Below are positions 48,930 to 63,700 of a DNA stretch of 64,000 nucleotides, piece after piece. The notes beneath the pieces are model-generated. The model did not search any database, was not told the DNA's origin, and worked only from the letters and a program-made list of their open reading frames with translations. Both the position numbers and the translations under genes were made by a program. Each line of letters starts with the position of its first letter. Positions within the stretch are counted from its first letter, which is position 1. Source of the stretch: Macrostomum lignano. Taxonomy: Eukaryota. Location of the stretch: contig NIVC01000758.1 of NCBI GenBank assembly GCA_002269645.1, forward strand, positions 124,001 to 188,000. The letters run 5' to 3'.

Positions 48930-49369
48930 TTCTAAAGTGATGGTCGATTAAAGCCATTGCAGACACGCCAAACTGTTGTTGTCAATCAAACTGAATAAAA
49001 TCTTACCAACCTTGTCAACTGAAATTTACCAACCTTGAAATATTAATGATGAAGAATTTATACTCTGTCATCAGCATCCCCTGTATTTTATTAGAGGCAG
49101 GGGGGTTGTGTGCACCCTGGCGCAATTTAAGCGTCATTGGCACACAACCGGCGAGAGGCATTACTGCCCATTCCGCCGACTCCCCTGAGCAGGCATACAA
49201 GCGCGCGGATACGTACGCAGGCACACACTCACACAGGAGTGTACAGCGGCCCTAACTTTATCAATTGTTAGGCATGTACACTTCATTGCGCCTTGGGGGG
49301 GTTGGCTCTCAAGGCCGTTAATTGCACAAGCGAGCCAAGCCGAAATTCCAATTCAGCCCCAAATTAATG

Positions 49370-49440
49370 TGGCTGCACTTGGAATCGAGCCTGGGTCGCG
49401 GCACACCAGAGCAGCTGCGCTACCGCTGGGCTACGGCCCC
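49370..49440 (-). mobile_element. tRNA-derived SINE head / tRNA-like relic
   Basis: The minus strand reads GGGGCCGTAGCCCAGCGGTAG (A box) ... GGCTCGATTCC (B box). The acceptor stem does not pair. Confidence 0.6.
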
Positions 49441-49886
49441 CCCTAGCATCCCCTGTAGCACTGGCTTTAAATACTTCTACTCTGATATTGATGTAGGGCA
49501 ATGCTAATTTGATGCTGAATTGATGCTGAATTGATGCTGATGCTGAATTGATGCTGAATTGATGCTGAATTGATGCTGATCTGATGCTGATCTGATGCTG
49601 ATCTGATGCTGAGTTGATGCTGATCTGTCAACCTGACAGTCAAAATTACTTGTGCAACAGCTGTCGTGCTTCAATGAGTGATTGCTCGTAGCAGAGCCAT
49701 TTGTATTTGCGCTCAACTAGAAAAAGTTTGTGGGCTGCAACAGTGTTGCAAGCAACGGAAGCTGCAGAAAGAACGCGCTGTGCCCTACAGATCCCGGGCA
49801 CTTTTGCTTTCTCTCTGAAAAATGAGAATTTTGAATCAAATTTAACGGAAGTTAGCGAGAGTTTTGTTTAGCGTCTGTGCATGCAA

Positions 49887-53084
<3,198 letters not shown>

Positions 53085-53469
53085 TCAGCAATGCTGGATT
53101 GTTTTTTGGGAATTTAAAACTAAACTTCAACAGCAAGTCTTCAGTGTTTTGTTTTGTCTTGCTGCAGAGTTTCTCTCTTAACTGCGGCCCCGGGTTACCC
53201 GGACTCAACTCGATTTCTTAGCTTTTATGCAGCTCGGACGCTTCTGCATCCTGCTCTGGATTTGATTAATTGTAGGATAATCCAGTTGAGCTGCGGCCAT
53301 CACGGTGCTGCCCGGTGGGCAAGAACTTCAGAGGATCCGGTAGACTCAGGCAAAATCCAGTTATGGAGCTTGCAGACTGCCAGGCATCTCTAATCTAATT
53401 TTTTTTCTTTTTGCGTTGTTTTCCAAGAAAATTTCATTCGGGGCCGCAGATATTTGAGTGGCTAGCGGT

Positions 53470-54280
53470 GTCTCTAGCTGTTCTAGTGTCTGTCTCTAGC
53501 TGTTCTAGTGTCTGTGTCAGTGTCTCTAGCTGTTCTAGTGTCTGTCTCTAGCTGTTCTAGTGTCTGTGTCAGTGTCTCTAGTGTCTGTGTCAGTGTCTCT
53601 AGTGTCTGTGTCAGTGTCTCTAGTGTCTGTGTCAGTGTCTCTAGTGTCTGTGTCACTGTCTCTAGCTGTTCTAGTGTCTGTGTCAGTGTCTCTAGTGTCT
53701 GTGTCAGTGTCTCTAGTGTCTGTGTCAGTATCTCTAGTGTCTGTGTCAGTATCTCTAGTGTTTGTGTCTGTATCTCTAGTGTCTGTGTCAGTATCTCTAG
53801 TGTCTGTGTCAGTGTCTCTAGTGTCTGTGTCAGTATCTCTAGTGTTTGTGTCTGTATCTCTAGTGTCTGTGTCAGTGTCTCTAGCTGTTCTAGTGTCTGT
53901 GTCAGTGTCTCTAGCTGTTCTAGTGTCTGTGTCAGTATCTCTAGTGTTTGTGTCTGTATCTCTAGTGTCTGTGTCAGTGTTTCTAGCTGTTCTAGTGTCT
54001 GTGTCAGTATCTCTAGTGTCAGTGTCTCTAGTTGTTATAGTGTCTGTGTCAGTATCTCTAGTGTCTGTGTCAGTATCTCTAGTGTCTGTGTCAGTATCTC
54101 TAGTGTCTGTGTCAGTATCTCTAGTGTCTGTGTCAGTGTATCTAGTGTCTGTGTCAGTATCTCTAGTGTCTGTGTCAGTATCTCTAGTGTCTGTGTCAGT
54201 ATCTCTAGTGTCTGTGTCAGTGTCTCTAGTGTCTGTGTCAGTATCTCTAGTGTCTGTGTCAGTATCTCTAGTGTCTGTGT
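53470..54280. repeat. ~21-bp array TCTCTAGTGTCTGTGTCAGTR
   Basis: Visible directly. Confidence 0.96.
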
Positions 54281-54580
54281 CATTATAGTTGGTGAAACAG
54301 AGCTTTTTTTATTAATTTTACTATTGTAGACATTCGCATCAGCTTCAATGCACGTGCAATACGACTGTAAGTAGTGGTGTTTGCCAACACGCAGCATGGT
54401 TATAATTATATATTGCAGCAAAAGTTGCAGCCAGAACAGTGATCGGTTGAACAAGAGAGTAGGTTACCAAAGCCAAATTGAAGCACTATAGGGACCTATT
54501 TGTTAGTAATTAGAACATGAAGTTACGATTCACGGGAATAAAATTGCAAAGGAAACAGCGGGGCGATGCAGTACAGTCCA

Positions 54581-56260
54581 TCAGCTCTTGAAGGGCTCTT
54601 TCCTGCCGAACAAGATGAAGCGAAACATGTCGCCCAGGGTGTTGTTGACGGTGCGAATGGATTTCAGGTCGTGCTGCACTCCGTACAGCCGGTAGAACAG
54701 GTGCATGGCGTAATTCTTTGTCTGCCAGTCCCAGGTGCGGTCGCCCTCGCCGTACATCTTGCCGAAGTTGATCCAGCCCGGCCTGTCCAGCGAGTCCTCT
54801 TCAATGTGGCAGTGGCCGGGAAAGTGCTTGCAGATGTCGCCGATCACGTACAGCGAGTGGCCGCCCCAGGAGGCGTCGTCGAAGGTCTGGTAGGAGAGGT
54901 GCCAGAGCGCCAGCACGGTGTTGTTGGGCGCACCGCTGAACACGCCGTTGCAGAGGACTGTGGGCAGCTCCTTGCCGATGGCGAACTGGTATTTTCGAAG
55001 CGGCTCCATGGCGTTCAGGGTGATCACGTCCAGGTCCAGGTAGACCCCACCGAGCACCAGGACGGCCTCGATGCGCATGACGTCGGCCTGGTGCTCCTTC
55101 ACCTTCACGGTCATGTTGTAAATCCTGGCGGAGAGAGATAACTTATATCTTAATTGACTCATTTCATAGTAATACTGTGTGTGTGTGTGTGTGTCGAATC
55201 CAAGAACGTACATCGATTTTTAGCTTGTAAGCTGTCCCAGCGAGCAAGCGCGCTCTAGACTGTCGAGTGGTTTGAGCGTCGGGCTTACGACTTGAAGGTC
55301 GGGGGTTCGATTCCCGGCCCCACTGGAACAATTTGTGTCCTTGAGCAGAACACTTAGCTCTGCATTGCTTCAGTTCACCCAGCTGTAAAATAAGTGCCAG
55401 CATTACACCTTTTTGTGTTCGATGAAACTGCGGCTGAGCTGTCGGTTACAAACTGGCCCAATTGGGCTCTCAATTATTACACTCTCCAACTTTTCAGAGG
55501 AAGTTAACCGGCTAGCGAGCACATTTTCATATATTGATTTTTGCCAAACTTACTTCTGCGTCACTGGGCGCTGGATCATGACGATGCGCTGCTCCCACAC
55601 CGGGGCGGTGATGTTGGTCTTCAGCAGCTCCCAGTAGTGCCCGGACGGCGGCTTCGCGTACCAAAGCACCAGCTTCTGCGGCCGCATCACCCAGAAGCCG
55701 CTCAGGATGCACACAAAATGATGGAAGGCGAGCTGCGGGTCCTGGAAAGGCAGGATGAAGTGCGCCAGGTTTGGGGTCGTGTAGTTCCTGTCGTAGGTCT
55801 CCGCCTGCAGGCCAGCCAGCGTGAGGTTCCGTCCAGACGGTGTGTGGAACCGCCAGCCGTGTGTGTTGATCTGCGGCCTCCGTTCCGTCATCAGGACGTC
55901 CACGTGGGCCTGGTACTTTCCCATGGGCGAGCGGGACAGGGCCAGCTTCAGCCGGTCGAAGTTGCTGTCGATGAACTCCGTGTCCAGCGGCGCGTAGACA
56001 AACGGCTGTCGAAATTCCGCGGGTTTGTCAGCGAACTTCCTTGACGCGTCGCCGAGATGCCAGAAGCTGCTGAGGCCGGTCAGCTCACCGTCCGTGTCGC
56101 CTACGTGCGACCCGCGACGCCAGGACGTGGTCAGGAGCAGCAGTGGGATAGTCAGGACGAGCCCAAGGGCGAACACGGCCAGCCCAATGCGGACGGGGCT
56201 GGTGCGGGCCGGCAGCAACATGCGCATCATCCGGGCGAACACGGACTCTGCATTTGGCAC
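54581..56260 (-). CDS. Type II membrane glycosyltransferase, GT32 / DXD sugar-binding type, ~416 aa; exons 55554-56260, 54581-55124
   Basis: N-terminal transmembrane segment (IGLAVFALGLVLTIPLLLL), PNLAHFI..FHHFVCILS, HQADVMRIEAVLVLGGVYLDLDVI (DxD). Phase-2 intron AA|GTAAGT...CAG|G. Confidence 0.88.
55250..55405 (+). mobile_element. tRNA-derived SINE with a CORE/Meta-like central domain, in the glycosyltransferase intron
   Basis: A box GTCGAGTGG, B box GGTTCGATTCCC, then TGTGTCCTTGAGCAGAACACTTA..CACCCAGCTGTAAAAT. The domain class is from memory. Confidence 0.75.
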
Positions 56261-56564
56261 ACGGGAAATTTTCTTAATGCCAGCTCGTACTACTTGTTAT
56301 AGTCCATTCTGATGGACTTGAATGCCCTTTTATGCCACGACAATAATACTTTGTATTTTATGTCTGCGAGCGACTGTGGTTAACAACTTCTTCCTCGGTG
56401 TAGATCAATTCCTAGCCAAGGGTCCGAAGGAGGACAAATGCAACGCTAACAGCTTTTTTCCGACATGCGGTCTCTCTCGCTGCAGTGGAAAAACCACGGA
56501 GCCTTGGGGCTCCTCAGAAGATCGACTCACTCTTAACTTTCTGACATAGAGACGCAAGACGTAC

Positions 56565-56920
56565 CTTATAGTACCTAAGAGTCGTACCTAAAAGACGTAC
56601 AATAGCTAAGAGATGTACCTAAAAGACGTACCTAAGAGACGTACCTAAGAGACGTACTTAAGAGACGTACCTTAGAGGTGTGCATCAGCTAAGAGATGTA
56701 CCTAAAAGACGTACCTAAGAGACGTACCTAAGAGACGTACTTAAGAGACGTACCTTAGAGGTGTGCATCAGCTAAGAGATGTACCTAAAAGACGTACCTA
56801 AGAGACGTACCTAAGAGACGTACTTAAGAGACGTACCTTAGAGGTGTGCATCAGCTAAGAGATGACCTAAGAGACGTACTTAAGAGACGTACCTAAGAGA
56901 TGTACCTAAGAGACGTACCT
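56565..56920. repeat. 13-bp array TAAGAGACGTACC with an 83-bp higher-order repeat
   Basis: The marker GTGTGCATCAGC recurs at 56678, 56761 and 56844. Confidence 0.92.
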
Positions 56921-57229
56921 CGAAGAAGTATCTTCAGCCGCAAGAGAGTTTTACCGCCACTGAGCATACGAAATTCTTGCTACAGGGTTGGACTGTTTGC
57001 AATTTTCTGATCTGACTTCACTATAGGCAGCAGGTTTAGTTCATCGCGCCCTGCCCGGACAGAGCCGGAGCTTTTATTCCGTGAAGCTACTGCCCCAGCC
57101 GCGCTCCACTTTAAGCCAGGGAAATTCAGATGGAGCAGCTGTAATGAAATTCACCGACTGCAACCTTTTTTCCCCCAATTGTACATCTGAGACGCGAGTT
57201 CCCGCATCTGCAGCACAGACACCCTGCAC

Positions 57230-58430
57230 CCTGGGTGCTAGGCGGCAGGAGATGCGGTGGCGGGGGGGGCTGGAGTGGAGGGTGCTAGGCGGCAGGAGAT
57301 GCGGTGGCGGGGGGGGCTGGAGTGGAGGGTGCTAGGCGGCAGGAGATGCGGTGGCTGGGGGGGCTGGAGTGGAGGGTGCTAGGCGGCAGGAGATGCGGTG
57401 GCTGGGGGGGGGCTGGAGTGGAGGGTGCTAGGCGGCAGGAGATGCGGTGGCTGGGGGGGGGGCTGGAGTGGAGGGTGCTAGGCGGCAGGAGATGCGGTGG
57501 CTGGGGGGGGCTGGAGTGGAGGGTGCTAGGCGGCAGGAGATGCGGTGGCTGGGGGGGGCTGGAGTGGAGGGTGCTAGGCGGCAGGAGATGCGGTGGCTGG
57601 GGGGGGGGCTGGAGTGGAGGGTGCTAGGCGGCAGGAGATGCGGTGGCTGGGGGGGGCTGGAGTGGAGGGTGCTAGGCGGCAGGAGATGCGGTGGCTGGGG
57701 GGGGCTGGAGTGGAGGGTGCTAGGCGGCAGGAGATGCGGTGGCTGGGGGGGGCTGGAGTGGAGGGTGCTAGGCGGCAGGAGATGCGGTGGCTGGGGGGGG
57801 GCTGGAGTGGAGGGTGCTAGGCGGCAGGAGATGCGGTGGCTGGGGGGGGGCTGGAGTGGAGGGTGCTAGGCGGCAGGAGATGCGGTGGCTGGGGGGGGGC
57901 TGGATTGGAGGGTGCTAGGCGGCAGGAGATGCGGTGGCTGGGGGGGGGCTGGAGTGGAGGGTGCTAGGCGGCAGGAGATGCGGTGGCTGGGGGGGGCTGG
58001 AGTGGAGGGTGCTAGGCGGCAGGAGATGCGGTGGCTGGGGGGGCTGGAGTGGAGGGTGCTAGGCGGCAGGAGATGCGGTGGCTGGGGGGGGCTGGAGTGG
58101 AGGGTGCTAGGCGGCAGGAGATGCGGTGGCTGGGGGGGGGGGGCTGGAGTGGAGGGTGCTAGGCGGCAGGAGATGCGGTGGCTGGGGGGGGGGCTGGAGT
58201 GGAGGGTGCTAGGCGGCAGGAGATGCGGTGGCTGGGGGGGGGGCTGGAGTGGAGGGTGCTAGGCGGCAGGAGATGCGGTGGCTGGGGGGGGGCTGGAGTG
58301 GAGGGTGCTAGGCGGCAGGAGATGCGGTGGCTGGGGGGGGCTGGATTGGAGGGTGCTAGGCGGCAGGAGATGCGGTGGCTGGGGGGGGGCTGGAGTGGAG
58401 GGTGCTAGGCGGCAGGAGATGCGGTGGCTG
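57230..58430. repeat. ~45-bp G-rich array GGGTGCTAGGCGGCAGGAGATGCGGTGGCT(G)nCTGGAGTGGA
   Basis: About 26 units differing mainly in G-run length. Confidence 0.96.
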
Positions 58431-58600
58431 GGCTGGCTGGGCTGCTGAGCCCACAGAATATACACAGAATGGTAAATTAGCTCTCTCGCAAAAAAATCTT
58501 GCTCCGAAACTATATTCGCGAAATGCTGCTAATGATGAGGCGCGTGATAAGTAGTAGATTTAGGCAGCTAGTGCCATAGACAGCGGTTAGGTGAGCTGTC

Positions 58601-58636
58601 CACAGAATATACTGTATATACTGTGTATACTCTGTG
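58601..58636. mobile_element. 36-bp remnant of two TIR ends with its own 8-bp TSD (excision footprint or micro-element)
   Basis: GAGCTGTC + CACAGAATATAC-TGTATATA-CTGTGTATACTCTGTG + GAGCTGTC. Confidence 0.8.
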
Positions 58637-58678
58637 GAGCTGTCAGCAGATGCAATATTTTCGGTAGCAAGCGGCAGC

Positions 58679-58980
58679 ATGAATGCTAAGACAAAATCCA
58701 AGATCCAATGCGCAGCTTACGGGTGCCCGCACTGCGCAAATAAGTGCCCACCGCAGACGCGCTTCCATCGCTTTCCAGCGGATAGAAATCGGTAAGAGCC
58801 ATTACAATTGCAAGTAGTGTAAATTAGATAAGTTGACATAGAAATACAATATTGCGCTTTAGATGCGAAGATTGGGCGAAGAGAATTTTTCGTGCCGACC
58901 TGCTAGGCAAGAGTAGTGAGAGATCGCGCAGCAAAGGAAGCGAGGCCGATCAGTTGCTCTCGAAAAATCAGACGAAATAA
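58679..58980 (+). pseudogene. Truncated THAP zinc-finger ORF; exons 58679-58791 and 58863-58980
   Basis: The spliced product is MNAKTKSKIQCAAYGCPHCANKCPPQTRFHRFPADRNRCEDWAKRIFRADLLGKSSE.. across a 71-bp GT-AG intron. The C-terminal CxxHF of THAP is missing. Confidence 0.8.
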
Positions 58981-60409
58981 AAAAGTTCAAGCGAATGGGC
59001 GCAATAAGCAAATTCTAATTCAATGTTAATCATGTTAATTCTTAAATTCTTAAATTAATTCTTATTCAATTAATTCTTATTCAATTAATTCCTACATTCT
59101 TCAATTCAATGTTAATTCTAATTCAATGTTATCAAAAAATACACGTGCAAGCAGCACAAGCTAATCGAAAAGTCTTTTACGCTTATCCTTATCTCTTTAC
59201 ATTAACTTTTAATACATATAGCCTAGGGCGCTTAGCTTAATCTACGTCACTTTAATTGCACTACTTTTCGCCACCTCATCATTAGTAGTCTATGAACATT
59301 TTATTCCGATAACTAGTTTAAGCGCTGATTCACCATTCTGTGTATATTCTGTGGCTGAGCCTCTCCTAAACCTTGTCCCAGGCAGTAAAAATCAATACGA
59401 CTCTACAGCATCTGAGGCTCTGCATCGGGGTTTGCCCGGTACGGAAGTCCCAAGTTCGACACCCGCCACACAGGCCTATGAAAGCAGTTATAAGGCGAAT
59501 GCAGCCCTTGCTTACCTTGGTGAGTAGAGAAGCAGATTGCCTGCGAGAGAGCTGCAGGGGCCGGAGAAAAGTGACTGCAGCAGCAACTGCAGCGACTTCT
59601 GCTGCACCTCTCATAGCAAACCTTGGCGGGCATGGCTGTTGTACCGGGTCTGGTTAATCCAGTCAGGATTATCCCCCCGGCAGCAGTCCCCGGGAACAGG
59701 TGCCACCAGATTAACTAAGGCTCTCAAAATCGAGCCTAGGACCTCTCACCAGACTGCTCGGCCATCCCTGCGATCAGCCAATCAAAACGATTTTGGGCAG
59801 ATTTTCGGTTTGAAAAAATTGAACTAAAATTCCATGTGTTCAAAACAGACACAATTTTATTACTCTTAAATATCGAATTTGAAGTCCACGCGGACCCGAA
59901 TATGAAGATAAACAATGGGCAGGGGGGGGAGGCGGGTCTTGAAAATGCTGCCTAAGTCGCGGAGTTAAGCCCCGGCAGCAGCTGGCTGCCCGATTATCCT
60001 GGGGATTCCTGCGCGGAGACGAAGGGGAGGAGGCGGGAGCAGATCCCCCAGATCCCAATCAATACTACGGGTCTCTTTAGAAGGCAGCCAACGTGAAAGT
60101 CGTGCTGTACTGAAGTATTTCTAGGAAAGCTCAGGCGGGCTTTGTTAGACTGTAGAAAATTTGACTCGCTGAATAAGTTTGCTTTGTTTTCTGGTCTGAC
60201 CACTCATTCTGGACTTGTCACTTATTACTGTAGCTTTGCGTAAAATGCGCTCGTCTACTCATTTTCAGTAGCAAAGGTAGCGTTTTTTGTCTTTTTTAAT
60301 TGAATACTTTCAAATCTCTATCGGCTGGCCCTGCTTCTGTTTTAAAACAATGCATTGCAATGAGATGGGTTGAAGCAGACCGAGAAGGGGGGCGGGGGGT
60401 GGGGGGTGG

Positions 60410-60623
60410 TGTTACATCCGACTTCCGTTACCAACTCGAAGTCCAGGTGAATTATGGTTAGTAATCTCAAGCTTGGTAGCGGGCTCTTGCCATGCCGATG
60501 TTAACATTCATTTCCTTTATATTTGCTCTCCTTATATTAGCTTTAGAACGCAGGGTTAACAGGGGCAGTGTCTATGGCCAATGTGTGTGAAATGAAATAA
60601 ACTTTATATGCGCACATACCACA
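60410..60623 (-). repeat. Probable 3' LTR (214 bp) of the younger Gypsy element
   Basis: The minus strand runs TGTGGTATG...TGTAACA, follows the purine tract AAGGGGAGA, and contains TATAAA. The partner LTR is outside the window, so the boundaries are unverified. Confidence 0.6.
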
Positions 60624-60700
60624 TATGTCTCCCCTTAGAAAAATTTGTTCGTCATTGTCCAAAGAGTAAGTTTTCCTCTTAAACAAAAATTTCCGTCACA

Positions 60701-63700
60701 TCAAGTTGCAGCTCGGGGTCTCAGTCTGGTCTGAGTTAGAGGCACATCCTCATGCTTGTAGCGATGCCTCCTGGCCTGGGCAGTCTCCGCACATCTAGTC
60801 TTGGCTGTCGCTCCTCCGCCTGAGTTAATTGCCTGCGACTCGTTATTGCCTTTCCCGATTAGCTGCTCCAGCAATTCATGGGACAAAGCGGCCTTGCTCT
60901 CCGTTTGAAGTCCTGTCGAAGTAATGTGGTCCACGTGCCGTTTCCAGACCATGCGGCCTACTTTCACCAGATATGAGAGTTGTGCACAGCGCTTAAGAAT
61001 TTCTCCGACGGCCCATTTGTCCTCTCCCTGCTTCCTGAAATCGAGCACGAGCACAGATTCTCCAGGTTCAAACTCACGGGCTACTTTTGAAGCTCCCTTG
61101 TGTTGCTGCTTCTGCTGCTCCTGCTTCTCAGCAACTCTTTGCTCGGTGTCCTGGTGAAGATGACTAAGTTTAGTTCTTGGCGAGTACTTTAGCATCATCT
61201 CGCTAGGCGTCTTGCCGGTTGTAGAGTGTGGCGTGACTCGGTAGCGCGCTAGAAAAGCATTTAGGCATCCTAGTGCATCATGAGAGTCCTTCATGCCCGC
61301 TCTTAACGCTCTTTTGGCGGTCTGAACCATTCGTTCGGCTAGTCCATTCGATCTTGGATGCCCCACCGACGTCAGAATTTGTGTGATGCGGCAGCTTCGA
61401 AGGTAGTTTTTAAATTCCTCAGCAGTGAACTGCGACCCATTGTCAGAGAGGATTTGCCTCGGATAACCAAATCTCGCGAAAGTTTCCTGCAGCTTGGTGA
61501 TCGTGCCATGGGCAGTCGCCGACCTCTTCGGGTAAATTTCAACCCATTTGGTTGTGGCATCGACAACGACAAGCCACATGAACCCGTAGCATGGACCAAA
61601 GAAGTACAAGTGAAGTCGAGTCCATGCCTTTTCTGGCCAGAGCAACGGCTGCAGTGGCGCCTGTGGCGGCAGGTTCCTCTGCGCTTGGCAACCCTTGCAT
61701 TTGGTTAGAGCCGTCTCGATGTCTTTATCGATCCCTGGATACCATACATGCAGCCGTGCCAGGGACTTCATGCCCACAATGCCGGGGTGCCCTTCGTGTA
61801 GCAGTTGCAGTAGCTGCTGCTTCAGTGAAGCAGGGATCAACATCCTGATGCCCCAAAAGATGACTCCATCTTCAACACTCAGCTCGTTTCGCCTCGAGTG
61901 GTAGGGCTGAAGCTCTTGTTCGCTATGTTCTGGCCACCCAAAACGACAGTATCGCAGAACACGGGACAGATTTTCGTCCATCGCTGTTGCTCTCTTTAAC
62001 TCTCCATGGTCGATTGGTTGAGCCTCTATGCGATTCTGGAACACACCATCCTCCGTGGACTTAGTATTCTCCAGCGGCAGTCTTGACAACGCGTCCGCAT
62101 TTCCATGTTCGTCTGTCCGCCTGTATCGAATCTCGAACTGATAGGCTGACAGAATCACAGCCCAGCGCTGCAACCGACTGGCAGCTATGCTTGGAATGTT
62201 GTTCTTCGGACCGAATAACGTCACAAGCGGTTTATGGTCAGTGACCAGAATAAACCGTCTGCCGTACAAATACTGGTGGAACTTTTTCACCGCGAAGACT
62301 ATTGCTAAACCTTCCTTTTCTATTTGCGAATAGCTCTTCTCAGCCTTGGACAGGCCTCTGGACGCATAACAGATTGGCTTCTCATCCGAATCGCTCATAA
62401 TGTGTGAAAGCACCGCGCCGACACCATAGCATGACGCGTCGGTATGAACAACCAGCGGCTTGTCCGGGTCGTAGTGGACTAGTACTTGAGTAGATGTTAG
62501 AGCTGACTTGCACGCAACAAATGCTCGTTCACACTCGTTACTCCAAATAAACTCAGCGTCCTTCTGGAGCAATGCATTTAGAGGTGCTAGGATGTCGGAC
62601 AGGCCTCTGATGAACTTCCTATAGTAGTTGATTAGCCCAACTAGCGAGCGGACTTCTGGAATATTGGTTGGCCTTGGAGCCTCCGCGATGGCTCTCATAA
62701 TTCTTGGTGACTGATGCACGCCGTTCTCGTCGATCACGTGACCGAGGAACTCAATCTCGCGCATCATGAATTCACATTTGCTCTTGTTCAGTTTAATTCC
62801 GTGGTTCTTCAGCAGAACCAAAACGTTTCTCAGCTTATTGTTATGCTCGCTTTGTGATGCGGCGCTAATGACGATATCGTCGACGAAACAAATCGCATCC
62901 GTATCGCTCAGAATCTTGTCCATAGCCTCCTGAAACTGAGCTGAAGAGCTTGCCAGGCCCATAACTAATCTGTTGTATTCGTACAGGCCCATATGGGTGT
63001 TGATAGTGGTGTACTTGCGGCACTCCTCCTGTAACTCCAGCTGAAGAAAGGCCTGAGATATGTCCAGTTTCGTAAAGAATTTGCCTCCGCTGAGTCGAGT
63101 AAACAGTTCGTCCGGCTTGCCTAGCGGATAAATGTCCACCTCGAGGGCAGGGTTTATGGTTCGCTTATAGTCTGCACAGATTCGTATCGATTTTCCATCC
63201 TTCTTCAGCACAGGGACGATTGGACTTGCATAGTCAGACGTCTTCACCTTCCGGATAATGTCCTGATTCTCTAGGCTTTTGAGTTCCTGCTCGATGGCGG
63301 GCTTAAGAGCAAATGGTACCGGTCGTGCTTTACAAAACTTTGGAGTTGTGCTCTCCTTGAGATGCAGTCTGGCTGTATAATGTTTTATCTTCCCAAGACC
63401 ATCTGAGAATAATTCCGAATTTTCTTCTAGAATCGTCTTGAGCTCGTGATCAGCATCGAGGGAAAGAATTCCCACTGCTGACGCTTCTCCTGTGTATTTC
63501 CGGGCCAGGGGATCAAGCTGCGTTATCCAATCACGACCTAGCAGGTTCTGCTTTGTGCCGTCAGTGACGGCGACCTGCAGCTCCGTCGCAATGTCGCCAA
63601 TTACAACCTGAACCACAGCCTCTCCAAGTAGGGGAATCTGTTCGTTAGAATAAGATGTGAGGACCAAGGTCGTGCCGCGCGGTTTAACTCGGATCAGTTC

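Larger units (their letters stand above)
58452..59353 (+). mobile_element. Internally deleted THAP-bearing P-element-like DNA transposon (902 bp)
   Basis: Perfect 22-bp TIR CACAGAATATACACAGAATGGT, perfect 8-bp TSD GCTGAGCC (58444-58451, 59354-59361), and an internal THAP fragment. Confidence 0.88.

Noticed and set aside
49370-49440. Functional tRNA gene
   Set aside because: A and B boxes are present but the acceptor and anticodon stems do not pair; treated as a SINE-like relic.
58527-59294. Inner element with CATAGAC...GTCTATG / CTRCTAATGATGAGG inverted ends
   Set aside because: The inverted similarity is real but partial, and no matching TSD flanks it, so boundaries cannot be supported.
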